Of a DNA stretch of 64,000 nucleotides, positions 48,356-61,664 are shown one piece after another; the stretch's first letter is position 1, and each line of letters begins with the position of its first letter. Source of the stretch: Gnetum montanum (taxonomy: Eukaryota > Plantae > Gnetophyta); contig MNCI01002478.1 of NCBI GenBank assembly GCA_015680685.1, forward strand, positions 12,945-76,944, read 5' to 3'. A model generated the notes under the pieces. The model saw only the letters and a list, made by a program, of their open reading frames with translations. It made no database searches and was not told the DNA's origin. The position numbers and the translations under genes are program-made.

Positions 48356-51265
48356 GTGGCACCCAAATCGAGGAACCCAAGGGATGAAGGACCATCACAA
48401 CCAGGGGACAAGTGCCCACACATGAGAAGGGGACAAGGTGTGAAATCACCAAAGCATGTGGAGGGCTCTCATGCAATAGGGCCCTTCTGTAAAAGACCTA
48501 ATATGGAATCTATTCATCAGATTCCTGAAGAGGAGATTCCCAATGAGCAATCGCTTGGGGATGAGACTCCTTGGATGGCACCATTGCTTGAGGTCACCCT
48601 AACCTAAGCCTTCCTTGATGCTATCACGCTACGCGAGATGCAGTGAATGGTCCTTCAAGAGCTAAATTTTGTACCATTCCTTGAGAACGTGCTAAAAGAT
48701 GTGAGGCTCCAACTGCAGAACTCTCCAATGTGGCCAATCATCACAACCAGTGGTGAATGGTACCTAGGAGAAACTTATCTCTTCTGGATGAACTAGCAAC
48801 TAGGGTCTAGAGTAAGAATCAAAAACATTTATGTCTCTTACTCTTCAGAAGCAATAGTGTAGGCTATGGGGTTGCCCAAAACTACGGTAGATGTGGTGGA
48901 AATTCCAAAATAAGCTGATCTAGAGGTAAAGGTGTAATGGACCAAAAGGTGCTATGGGGTAGAGCACAAGGAGTTCAGCTCCCTAACCATGGAAAAAAGA
49001 GTGTATGCAAAGATCACGTCTTACCATCTTAACCCAACGGTAAGACCTAGTAAAATCACAGCCTTCTTCGCTCATGCATGTGCCACCTTGAATGGGAAAT
49101 TTCCCATGAGTCTTCCATAGCTGCTATTTCTGAAGATTGAAAAGAGGTTTGCTGAGAATGAATGTGGAAGATGAGCTCTCCCCCTCTTCTTTCCTAATCT
49201 AAAAGTTGTGAAAATGGGCAAGGATAGCACAGTATTCCAATGATGTAATCTAGTACACCCCAATTACCTCGTGGTGAGAGATGATGAAAGATAAAACTTC
49301 TACCACCACACCGATAGAGGAGGAGCAACAACCACCTTTACCACCTACATAAAAAACATAGCCAAGCTCATAAGGCATCGTAGAATACATCCACGAGATT
49401 TGGAAAATGCTCTTGGGCTAGCAAGAGCAATCTAGAAGGATTGGTGGAGGAGAAGACCCTTCGGTCTATCGCCCTACCATAAGCCACCTGGAGTGGCTTA
49501 ATCAGTTAGGTTGTTTGAAAGGGCAGGGTTGATATTCTTCGCTGCCCAAGCACAAGTTCCAACTAGAATAGATCCAAGCATCCGAGATGTATAAACATCA
49601 ACCCAACAGTTGTTCCTTGAAATTTCAGGGAATGCTACTACCTTCTTGGTCCACTTTGAAGATGGTGAAGGTGCGACGGTCCTGGTGATGCAGCACTAGG
49701 GATAGGAAGTTATGGCTGAAGTGGTTGTTGAGACAATTACTACATCTCTCAATACACTGGCAACACCTATACCAAACATTCATTGACTACAAGATGTATA
49801 GGTATCTGCTAGAACTTCACATAGCCAGATTGACGCAGCCCAACATGAAGAGCTGTTGGATCAATTTGTGCGAACCAGCCAACCGCTTCTAGATGTTTTT
49901 AACCTTTTAGACAACATTACTACAACCCAACCAGAGCTTCTCTCAACAAGGGGCAAGACCATTGTTTTAGAAGGACAACTTGAAGTTGCTCAAGATACTT
50001 GTCAATGCTTGGCAATGGAGGTAACCCAATTATGAGTCCAACTTGCGAATCCAGCCATCCTCAACTGTGAAATCACGAGGGATGAAGCTTTTCAATAGCT
50101 TCAACTTAGACTTCAGATTATTGAGGATGTGTGGGATACAACGATCTTCGACAATTCCATAGCAAACACTCGAGCGTATCACTTAGAGAAGGACTTGGCA
50201 GAGGTTCGCTAGGACAACATGCCACTGACTACAAAGGTTCATCGCTTGCGCAATGTTGGTGCAGAAAACAAATAGATGAAAATGTTCATCCACCGATAGC
50301 AGGAAGAGCTAGCAAGGGAGAACACTGACATAAGGAGGTTGGCTACTAAAAATTAGAATTTATCAATGGAGGAGGTCCAGGCATTTTGATAGAAGTCTGC
50401 AATTGAAATTACCGCTAGGAAGAATGAGGCCCTAAAATTCGAAAAAGTCAAGAATCATTATAGGGACCAAGTGGGATTGTAGAAGGAAGTGAACAAAAAA
50501 CATATTCAAGTCGCAAAGGCCAAGATGAGCCAAGCATCTAGCAGCTTCGAGAGAGAGGCGATGCATGACAATCTATCTTTGATGGGTTGAATGACTACAA
50601 TAAAGCTGAAATCTGACTGAAGAAGCTACAGATTGAGGAGATGATAGAATATATGAAGTTGGCCAACCTCTGATATGCAAACCTGGCTATGCTCATAGCC
50701 AGGAGACCATGGTCAGGATTGGAGAAATAAGTGGCCACCTCGTATTCTCTATACGAGGGAGAGTTCCAGGCACACAAATCAATAAAGTAGAAGCTGCAAA
50801 TAACAAACATGGAACTCGTGGTACTCCACACAAGCTTTGAAGGACAACATGCAGTTACGGAGGACCTGGCCCAAAGAATGAATGACTACCAGCAACTGTA
50901 GGCATAAATCTAAGCGTTTGACATCGAACGCAAGTAGTTCGCAACCTGGTTTGTCAACTTAAAGGAACTCCTTCCAGCGTTGCCATGCCCTTGGGAGGTT
51001 CTAGCTCCAACACACATTGGAGAGGTTTCCTAGAATATGAACGATCCCCAAAGCAAGGAAGAAAATATGAGGGCTCTATTGGAGGCTTTTCGACTGCCTC
51101 TAGATGTTGCAGCTGCTACGGGGCAACAACCAGCTATGTCTCCACCAGTGCATGGGCCAGAGGCTGGAGAAGGTCTATCAAAACTACCGCCCCTAGGGAC
51201 TGTATGATCTTCTCCCACAATTTTATGCATCATCCTACATAGAAGAGGTTCTAGGACCAATGAGA
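48356..51265 (+). pseudogene. Extra ORF: Athila ORF-like / plant transposon protein domain plus long coiled-coil-like region (degenerate)
   Basis: A frame from (M/V)APKSRNPRDEGPSQ continues through LFWMN..VRIKNIYVSYSSEAI..MGLP..YAKI..HLNP..LLFLKI..LFFP, then an E/Q/K/L-rich region at ~49850-50960. Stops are mostly TAG/TGA/TAA explicable by C>T. Family assignment is from motif memory only. Confidence 0.75.
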
Positions 51266-51458
51266 TGTTCAGTTTTGTCTCTGAACACTATCATTTTTGT
51301 AATTTTTTCTCCTCTGTAACTCAGGCACTTGGTCAAGTTCATGTTGTGTCATGTGTGTGTCATGTATGTGTTTAAATTATGTGTGCTGTAAATAAGAATC
51401 CATACCTTCCAAATTATAAAGTAACTCAAGGATGAGTTTTTGCTCAGTTGTGGGGGTA

Positions 51459-52373
51459 TGATGAAGTATCATTAAGTCAATACATCAATGGACCCATGTA
51501 TACAAGGCCACATATATGCAGCTGGGTTGACACGGGCCCATCGACGTAGCCTTCCTATGTCGACATGGCCCCATTTACACAACCATCTATCTCGGCCTAT
51601 AAATAAGAGGGCCTTCTACGTCATTTAGGCATCTTTCAGTTAGTTGTAGTGAAGCTCTTGTAGTTTTTTCATGAAAGAGATATAATATTTTCCAAGTGCC
51701 CCCAGCAAGTGTAAGAAAAGTAATTGACTCTTTATTCAAGCATTGATGTATCTGAGCCCATTGGCGTGAAGGCGATAAAGACAAACTATTCAAGCATTCC
51801 TTGTAGAATTTGGACTTAGCTATTTTATGCATTCAGTAGTTTAATATGTTTATGCTTTGTTGGTTACTTGTTAATTACTTAAGTTTCTATTATTGATATT
51901 TTAGTCACGATCGCTTGTTCATAGTTCGTAAAGGCCATAAGTATGACCATCTCGAATGTAAATCAAACACTTGGTAATCTTAGTGACTCTTAACGTCTGG
52001 TAACCCAGAAGTATCAGGAGATGCTTAGAACATGCTCAAAAGATGGGATCAAATACTTATGCTAGGGATAGTTAGAGTATAAGCTAGGATAATCATAGAT
52101 TAGATAATAGTTTATTCCTTACTTTTCATACCTTAATTAGCTGCCAAAAGATATGTAAAAAAGATATAAAAATAATTAGCCTTAATCTTACTTAACCATT
52201 GTAATTAGAACATCACAAGTGAGATTAGGAGGAGAACGACCATTCTAACCCAAGGTTTCACTGGTTAGAGTCTGGTGTATGTTAGGTGCTTACAATCTAC
52301 GGATTTCGACCGAGTTGCATGTGAACGTTCATGATTCGTATGGTTGGGCATAGGGGTACCTAGCCACTCATCA
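51459..52373 (+). repeat. Athila-like 3' LTR (915 bp)
   Basis: Colinear with 39094-39994 and followed by TSD CCATG. Confidence 0.95.
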
Positions 52374-52378
52374 CCATG

Positions 52379-53915
52379 GATGATGCATTTTTTGCATTTC
52401 TTACATTGATGGGAGGAACTGATGATGGTTTGGTGGAACCCTCTACTATCATCAAAGCTACACTAGATGAATTCTAGATTGATACCATGGAAAAAGAGCT
52501 ATAACAAATTCACAAAACAACACTCAAGGTGAAATGGGTGTTTAAAGCTTGTACCAAGGTGAAATGGGTGTTTAAAATTAAAAGAAATTAGTATGGTGAA
52601 TTCAAGAAATTCAATGCTCATCTCATTACCAAAGGATATCTTTAGCAAGAAGGTAGGGATTTTGATGATAGTTTTCTCCTCTTTTACAAGTGGAATCTAT
52701 GCAATGTTTTCTTGCTCTTACTTCTTAGGATGGTCATTCACTTATCAACTAGACTTGACATCTACATTTCTTAATAGTTTCATTAATGAAGAAGTTTATG
52801 TGGAGCAACCACCAAGTTTCATTGATGAAAAAAAGAGAAATAATTTTTACAAGCATCATAAATCATTATATGGGTTCAAGAAAGCTTCACATTCTTGGTA
52901 CACCTAAATTCATGCATTCTTCATGTGAGAAAGCATCACTAATCTTCAATCATAAAATATTATTTATAAAAATATATCTAGTGCTGATTATATTTTATTT
53001 TTTTTATACATAGATAATTTAATCTATTTTTCATTTACAATTGCATTAGGAAATAATATTTTAAATGCCATGAAAAATGAATTTAAAATGTCTAATCTAG
53101 GGAAGATGTTATATTTTTGGGCTTTCAAGTTATCCAAAGATCAAAATTAGTTTCCATATGCCAAATGAATTTTCCTAATTCTTAATTGAGTAATTTGGCA
53201 TGATTATGAAACTTATCAAGGATGATACATCCTTGGAATTTAATCCTTCATTATACCATTCCCTTGTTGGTAGTCTTATGTATCTTTCCAATACCAATCT
53301 AAACATCTAATTTTCTATAAATTATCTCTCCTGGTTCATGTAAGATCTGCATGAATTACATTGGTAAGTTGTGAAGAGGGTTCTACAATATCTAAAAACT
53401 ACAATAGATTATGGAATCACATTCCATCAGCATGAGAATTTTAAGATATGGGGATACACTATTGTAGACTGGTAGGGTGATCTTGAATATCATAAATCAA
53501 CTTCAAGGTTTTACTTTTTCTTTGGTCCATCACTTATCTCTTGGGAATCAAAGAAGCAAACTATAATCACCCTCTCAATAGCAAAAGCACAATACATAGC
53601 CACATCAAATGCTACTACTTAGGCCATATGGATCCACTCCATTTTTACTCAACTAGAATATACTATGAAACCTTCCATTTGTTTATACTACGATAGCATA
53701 AGCACTATTATGATGGTACACAATCTTGTCCATCATGAATGTTCGAAATGCATAGATATCAAATAGCATTATCTTATATTCTTAATCCAAGACAACATGC
53801 TCAGGATGGAGCATTGTAAAACTAAAGCACAAATGAAAAATATTTTTACCAAGATTCTAAGCTGTGAGAAGTTTGAATCTTTCAGAGAATTCCTTGGAGT
53901 GGAACCTCTTACTAT
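52379..53915 (+). pseudogene. Copia RT and RNase H (degenerate)
   Basis: VEP.TIIKAT..WIDTMEKEL, VKWVFK, QLDLTSTFLN..EEVYVEQP, KSLYGFKKAS, YHSLVGSLMYL, ISWESKKQ, IFTKIL. Confidence 0.9.
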
Positions 53916-53926
53916 CATGGGGGGAT

Positions 53927-54276
53927 TGTGGAATATGATAACAAGATGTTCTACAAAAGAATTAGATAGATTTCATTCATAAATCTATATTAAATACAAT
54001 AAGATCCTATTCATATAATTCTTAACTAATCCCATGATTAATTCATCCCTTATTAAGAAGATCCATAAATGAAATAAGGATCATCCCCATAATTTCGTAG
54101 ATTCATGCATATCTCCCCAAATCGTTTCTTGGGAGATTAAAGCCTATATAATTGTAGCAACATATGGTCATTAGTAAGAGAATTTAAGAGATTTTAACAA
54201 GGGTATGTTTGTTCTAACTAAGTTCTTTCTTTTCTTTTAGCTTAGATCATAGATCCATGGCCCTTTAGATTTTTCA
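53927..54276 (+). repeat. Copia 3' LTR
   Basis: TGTGG...TTCA after PPT GGGGGGAT (53919-53926). Confidence 0.88.
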
Positions 54277-55750
54277 ATTTTGTTCTATGCCTCCTTCATA
54301 TTTGGTGATGAATGTGGTGCCTTTTCTGCTGGGCTTTTCGTTTTAAATGAATGATAAGATTTCTCTGCTCTATGTTTATAATCATTTTTGGCCTCCAATT
54401 TTGTAGCAAAGGAGGCAACTAAAAACTTTAGTTATATGTTGTTCTAATGGGACAACATTTGTTGGTTTTCCCTTTTTACACTAGTGTCAATCTTGATCGA
54501 ATCTTTTTTTAACTTCGATGAGTGTAGATTCTATGCAAATATTTGCTTTTTAGGATTTCTTTGCCTACTTTTTTAATTTTTTAGGGTTGGATAACATTCC
54601 TTTTAATAATGTAAACCTTATCTATCAACCAAATGTCTATGACCACTAATATTAATGCTCTTTGTATCTATTTGCCTAGTGGTCACTCTTGATGTTTTAT
54701 TTAGGAAGATTTGTTGTGCTTATAACTAAAGTATACAATAATCATTTTCAACATCTTAAAAAAAATTTTGTATTACTTATTTATGTCTAAGATACTTAAA
54801 TGATAGTTATCTAATGGTATTAAGTAATGATATGTGTTCCCCTTCTTTTTTAATGAATAGGTAATGCTTTTAAATGTTTGGTTTATTTGTGTGTGTCTGT
54901 GCAAGATGAAGGGAGCTAAGTAGCCAAGGGAGATGGATAGTTTGAAGGAGCCAACCTCTAAAAAGCAAAAAGTCCCAAGGATGAAAGGAAAGTAAGAGGG
55001 AGGCAAAAAGCCCTTAGGCAGGATTTCATATGATTGTAATTTTCCATCTCTATCTAATTTATATTCTATGTCCCTTGATTTTCTTCAAAAGTCAAAACCT
55101 TTCATTCCCTTGAATATAGTTCCTTTTCCCCCAAGTTTTAGATCAACAATTGTTAGAGGAACAAAGGGCTAAATACAGAGACTTGCTGAAAAAGGTTTAC
55201 CTCCTTGGGGTATAGGAAAGCTCATGCAAGAAGCTTTCAATTTGGGTGAAAGCATTAGAAGCTTCTTACAAAGCTATTTCAATTACTCTTTTTAAACTTT
55301 GATAATAACTATTTTAACAAAAGGTTTTCTTCATGTTTTTGGCTTTGTAATATTTTATCAACTATTTCAGAATATATGTGTAGCATTTATGCTTCACTGG
55401 ATTGTCATTTAATCTCATATGATTTACTTTATCAATAATGTAATTTCCAACTAGTTTTGCTACTAGCTTAGTTATATATATTTATAATATATATCTATAA
55501 ATTGGCCGATAGAATCTTATAAGATTACAAGTAAGAAGTTATTTGAGTAAAAAATTTCACGACTTCTGGAATAAGAACAAGATTTAAAAACCCAAATTTT
55601 CATGCCTTCTAGATGAAGAACAAGAGTTTTGTACCTTATTTTTCCTAAGGATGGGTTTTCTAAAAAAAAAATTCCATGAATTAGTGTATGCTCTCACCCT
55701 CAGCCGAATTTATTCTCTGACCCTTGGCCGAATTTATGCTCTCACTCTCA

Positions 55751-58700
55751 ACATCTTATGGTATGTGTTTATTTTCTTGTTTTCTCTAAGTTTTTTTTGT
55801 AGCAAAAAGCCCTAGAGGTGGTCATGTAGAGACACATCTCAGAGTAGTAGCAAGTCATCGCATTACTTTGATGTGCATGATTGGACTAGCCAAGCCACTC
55901 AAGTGTGTACATACCTATTTACCCCACTATAGCCTACCTGCATTTACCCCTTTTACCTTGTATCTTCTTGCCTTCCCCTGCATCACCGAGCTTGCAAACT
56001 CTCTGATGCACATGACACCTTCTCTACATCAATAACAAAACCCATGGTAGATGTAATGAAACTCATCCCATGGGAAGCCTCTGTGGGTTGGTCAAAACCC
56101 AAGAAGATGTAACACAACTTATCCTAGGGAGAAAACAACTATCCTACAAGCATGACATAGTTATGCTAAAGTAAAGCCCATTAGGTGGCATGTAGTTCAC
56201 CTAATGGAAAGTATCCCATAGCTAGGATTTTTGCAATGTGAAAAACCCAAAGTAGGTTTGCCTCACAAAAAATGTAAAAAAGTAAAGAAAAAGAGAGAGA
56301 ATAGGAAAAAACATGTCCCCAAGAAAAAATTAGTATAGCTACAATTTCACAATGGGTCCAACCTTGAATCCACATTGACCTTCTCATAACCACTCCAACA
56401 AGAGGTTACAATTTTAGGGGTGAGCCATTCTGGTGCCATGGACATTGAATCTCTCATAAGCATTCCAATGAGAGGTCACTATTTTGGTAACAATCCACCT
56501 TGATGATATGTTCACCATTAGTTGTGCTGACCTAGCATCTTGTAGTATCATATTATTTTCATTTCCTTGCCCTATTATCTCTTAGCACATTAGCTACATC
56601 CTTTACCTCTAATATATCATTACCCTTGGCATTCTTGAGCATGGTGTAACAACATTTGATTAGGTTCTAACGAGTGATGTTGGTTCCTGGCTTGCTATGT
56701 TGTTTTGTAGTCTTTTTTGATGTCTCTTAGCCCACTTCTCCAGATGTCAACAAAGAGGGACCAATGAAACACCACCAAATTTGGGCCACTGGGTCTTGAC
56801 TATGAATTTTTCTAAGTGTCAACTCAAAGTAAATTTTTCTAAGTGTTGGACCTATGCTCCCCACTGTTGGGACTATGCTCGAGAGCATAGTCAATGTAGT
56901 CAGCAACATAAGTCCAAATTTACAAGATTTTTCTAAGTGTTGATAGTAGTTGCAAATTTTATTGAGTGTCAAACTACGCTCTCACTACCAAAACTATGCT
57001 CTAGAGTATTGTCAACACAAAAATGCCTAGTGTTTGAAAATTTTTCTAAGTGTCAAGCCAAAAGCTATCAAGCTTGCTTGGCATGGAAGAAACAGTTTGA
57101 AAAACTTTATAACTTCTAAGACTACACTCCCTACTATGCTCCAAAATGTAGTTAGTGTAGTCTACATGAAGACATTAGTGTGTGCCAAATTTTTCTAAGT
57201 GTTACGGATATACTCTCACTACTGGGACTATGCTCTAAAGTGTAGTTAGCACTAGAACAAATTTTTTACAAAATTTGCCAAATTATTGGGACTACGCTCT
57301 AGAGCATAGTTAGTGTAGTCATGCAGAATTAACTCTAGAATTCTTTAGATTGTAGCATCATCCTTCATGTTAACTCTGACACACTTTCGGTGGGAAGGAT
57401 TAGCAATTTTCATTTCTTTTGCATTCTCCATGTCTTCCAAAATTTTACCTATGCTTGACACCACTTGAGAGAGTGAATAGCATAGTCCTGGGGCATAGTC
57501 TCCAAAACTACACTATTTTGCAACTTTTTTCTAGTACTTTGTAGTCTATTCGACACTTGCATAGGTAGTTTGGTAGTCTATTCATAGTTTGATAATCTCA
57601 TAGGGTCCATTGGAGCACATCATCAAAACACCATTTGCTTCAGTGGGAGCATAGTTGGGTGCAGTGTAGTCCCAACTATCCCTCTGCCACATGGTGTCTG
57701 ATCTACAATTGATAGTAATCCTAACCCTATAAATACCCCAACAGTTCATGTTTTTAGGGTTGGAAACTCTTGCATTTAGTTGGAAATTTGCATTTTGAGC
57801 ATTCTTACATCCAAGAACACTTGACATTTTAGCAGACTCTGAGATAGCATTTAGCACTGTTGCACACCATCCAAGATATCATAAATCATTACAGCCCATA
57901 GGAGACTATGGAAACCAACCTAGCAGGCATATACTTTATGGTAGACATCATTATTCATAGCCCAGATACCCTAAGATTGTGGTTACACTAACTACTATGC
58001 TTGTTTGTACACCACATACCTCCTCACCTTTCTTATAGTTAACTACGCTCCCCCAATTTGGAGTGGTAATACTTTCTCTCTTGCTTAGTTCTTGTGTAGT
58101 TTTTAGCATTTTCTCTCACATTTTAGCATTTTACTTGCATTCTCCTTCTATTCTTTGCACATACTCATGTGTTTGCACCTTCATCTTGCATCGGAAACTT
58201 TGGCTACATTAATCTTTCTTGACATTGTGGACACTGTAAACACCATGCAAACCCCCTAGCATTCATTCTGGCATTGCACTCTATGAGTCCCAATTTGATT
58301 GACAAGATTATTCTAGGCATTCCATCTTCATTTCTAGTAGGCCCTCATGTGGACATAGGGTCAAACTGTGGGCACCATGAACTTGTCAGTCTACCATTGT
58401 AGCCTCCAACATTTTTGGTTGCTACATAGCTTTTCATTTTAAAAAATCGTTAATGTTCCACTTAGGTACTTTTATTACTTCACTTTCATAAGTATTATTT
58501 GTATATTAATCTAGTTTCTTATTTGTAGCTATCTTCAATATCCTATTCTATTGCTTTGTTCTCAAGTAGCTTTTGTTGTATCTTTTAGTATGCCTAGAAC
58601 TTCTTCCTACTTACAATAAGTTTTTAATCTATTCTATTAACATTGAACAGAATCCCATTAACACTAACTTTATATATATAGAGTGCTTTATAAATTTAAA

Positions 58701-60771
58701 TTAACATTTGAAACCAAACCTCATGGTCCATAGGCCTATTCTTTTTAATTATATTTAGTATTTTAAAAAAGTATTTAAAATTAAGTTTTTTCTTACTAGG
58801 GTTTTTAACCCATTCACTTTCCTATTTACCCAAGCTTATTTTTATAAAATAAATGTATCCATATCATTGTATTTCTATTTCAACTATTTACCTTAATCCC
58901 ATATGTAGATATATAGATATAATGCTTTTCATCTCATTAACATGAGATAGTATTTGATAGCAAAGGATCATGATCAAGAGCCACAATGCTCATCTCATCT
59001 CAATAGGATTGGTAGATGAGTGAAAGCCTAAGCTCTTTGAGTGGATACACCCAAGCTCAAACCTAGGTCTTCAACTTAAGAAATAAACACCTTACTATTA
59101 GTCAAAACGAAGGTCTAGGTAGAATTTGATAGTGATTATAAAATTTAAGAACAAAGGTGAAAAAGGACTCATCTTATAGATTCCAAGGGACCTTAAGGGA
59201 TGCACACAAAAATTCTAGCTCATTATTATTATGAGCATAAAAAACATGTATTAATATTTACATCAACCATGAAAGGAACATGGATCTATACCATGACATA
59301 ATCACATTTTCAACTCTCTAGTAAATTTCTACTTCCAAGGCATGAAGTAAGCCTCATAGCCAAATTCTAAAAGAAACACATTACCTTGTAGTGCAAGAAC
59401 CTTTGTTGACATATTGACCTCCACATTTACCCTCAGTTAACATATAGATAATACGTTATTATTTCATTTTTGATTTGAAAGGTTATTATATACATTTTTC
59501 CTTAAGTAAAGGATCAACATTGAAAGGCTCAATATTCATCCTACCAATTGGTCAATTGAGTCTAAGAGTGAAAGTTTAACCTCTTTTACAATGACTATGG
59601 ACAAACTCAATTCTTAAGACATGAGAAGTATGCAATTTATCATCACTTTAAATGATGAACATCATAAATTTTTTTCAACTACTAAATAACTACCAAAAAT
59701 TTATTTCAACCATCAAATTTCAAAGCATAAGTTGTCATGAACTATATTAAATAGAGGCTTTTTCAATGTTTATGATTCATCCATTTTAGAATATACCATA
59801 GCTCATCTTATGCCTTCATAAGAATTGCATTCAAAGTTACTAAAATAATCTTCAAAATATATCATACTTTACATCTTGACTTCCCATCAATTACTTTTAA
59901 AAATATTTGAATGAGCTCTATAGAAATGCAAATGAGATGCATTTAGCTCGTATACTTCGCTTTGAAACATGAATAATAAATATTAAACAAAAGTTTAATG
60001 GCATTTAAGTAAATTATTTTACTAACACTTACAAGAATTTTGGTAAACATTCATATTTTCCCCTTTCTAATATGATTGTAATACCCTTTAAACCTTAGGT
60101 TGAAAAGCATTACATTAGGTATAACCCCTAATGAACAATTGGTCATGGTAAGAAGCAAGATAATGAATGAAGTTTGTAGCTAAAGGAGGAAAAAGGAACC
60201 TAGAATGAAGTCATGACCCTTGAAATGAGGTGAAACTAAACAATGGAAGAAAAGAATATGTAACTATAAAATTATGTTAAACATATATGTTGGAAATTGA
60301 ATCTAATTAGATAGAGAATAATGTAAATTTTCTACCAAAAAGTATGTAATAGTGAAGGAAAATAAATAAATTAAAATCCTAAATACCTTCAAAAATATAT
60401 AATTAACATAATATTAGAGGTATAGCTAATACAAATCCATGAATACTAGAGCTAAAAAAAGAAAATATTATCTAACACAGAGCTAAATTATCTAATATAT
60501 TAATAGTCAAAGATTAAATATGGAAATATGACATCATTTATCACTGTATAATCAAATTAATGCACCATCCAAGATTTCCAATCTCCAACCAATCTAATCA
60601 ACTTGTAATAAAAAGGAGATATTAATATAAAATTGAGAAAGGAACCTTAGCACCATCTCCAATCAAAGAATAGATAGATCTCATGGAAGCTAGGTCTAGC
60701 ATGGCTATCCTACAAAACATGTTAGCAAAGGCACATAACCAACAAAAAGGATTATAGAATGGTATCAATCC
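55751..60771 (+). repeat. ~5 kb direct duplicate of 4718-4980 plus 15721-20466 (Tat 3' UTR + LTR + AT-rich flank)
   Basis: Continuous colinearity, including the identical LTR/flank junction gctaca|(c/t)agcttttcattttaaaaaatc and a single CACAT at ~56009-56013. Confidence 0.93.
56765..58426 (+). repeat. Duplicated Tat-like 3' LTR
   Basis: Colinear with 16474-18133 and preceded by the PPT. Confidence 0.8.
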
Positions 60772-61664
60772 AAACTAGACAGTACTAACTCAAACAAATT
60801 GTCAATCCATCCATTAACTCAATAACAAATATGTATCAAAGTTGTCTTGTGTAATCTTTTAAATTCAAATCCAAAATGTATCCAAACCAAATATCAAACT
60901 ACCATGCACATGGATTTATTATTAGTCTCAAACTAAATGAGAATCATCTCCATTGCTTCATACATTTCCAAAGTATCGATACTAGAGACATCTACCAAGA
61001 CTCACCTTTAACATTCTTGAGGTATCAACAATAAAAGATTAATGAGCCATGGAATAAGAATTTCATGTAGGATGGGGTCTACAATGAAAGCCATACTAAT
61101 GCATCCCAATGGAGATCAATCACCAAACATCTCCAAAGAGCCCATCTTCAACTACCCACACAACTCAGTGCTAGCTCCATCATCCAAACACAACAATATA
61201 CCAAACATGGTAAAGCAAACATTCATGGTAGAGGGACAAAAAATTATCATTTTACATGAACAAGAAACCAAGAGATCCAACAATTGGATATGTCATAAAA
61301 CAACCTAAAGATCCAACAATTGATTGTAAACCAAAGTTGACATGGAAAGAGATCCAATTTCACAAATTTAGTAGGATGAAGTCAAAATGAAATTCAACAA
61401 AGTAGCAACAATAAAAGAGGAAAAAAATAATAATACCAAGATATCATATTTGAACCATAAGCACACATAAGGAAACTTTTGATTTTAACATAGCGTGTCA
61501 AGGCTTATATTAATCAAAATTGAGTCTACAATCAAATCATAATCTAAATGTGTAACAATTGATAAGACTATTGTATCTCTAGAATTACTTTAAATTTTAT
61601 AATGATTTCAAATTTTTCAAAAAGATAATATGCATACCTAGTCTTTATGAAACGTTTAGAAACA

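Larger units (their letters stand above)
39094..52373 (+). mobile_element. Full-length Athila-like Ty3/gypsy element (13280 bp) with extra 3' ORF
   Basis: TGATGA...TCATCA termini, TSD CCATG at 39089-39093 and 52374-52378, tRNA-Asp PBS, PPT-like AGTTGTGGGGGTA, no aRH. Confidence 0.95.
36199..54276 (+). mobile_element. Old Ty1/copia LTR retrotransposon interrupted by the Athila-like element
   Basis: LTRs 36199-36544 and 53927-54276, iMet-type PBS, PPT GGGGGGAT, domain order gag-prot-int-RT-RH. Flanks GTTCT/ATTTT differ by two transitions (possible decayed TSD). Confidence 0.9.

Noticed and set aside
48356-51265. True retroviral envelope gene
   Set aside because: No signal peptide or clear transmembrane segment is seen. 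Position alone does not make it env.
16474-58426. One giant 42 kb LTR element bounded by the LTRs at 16474 and 56765
   Set aside because: Both LTRs are preceded by a PPT and 3' UTR and followed by the same flank, with no PBS after the first. They are duplicated 3' LTRs.
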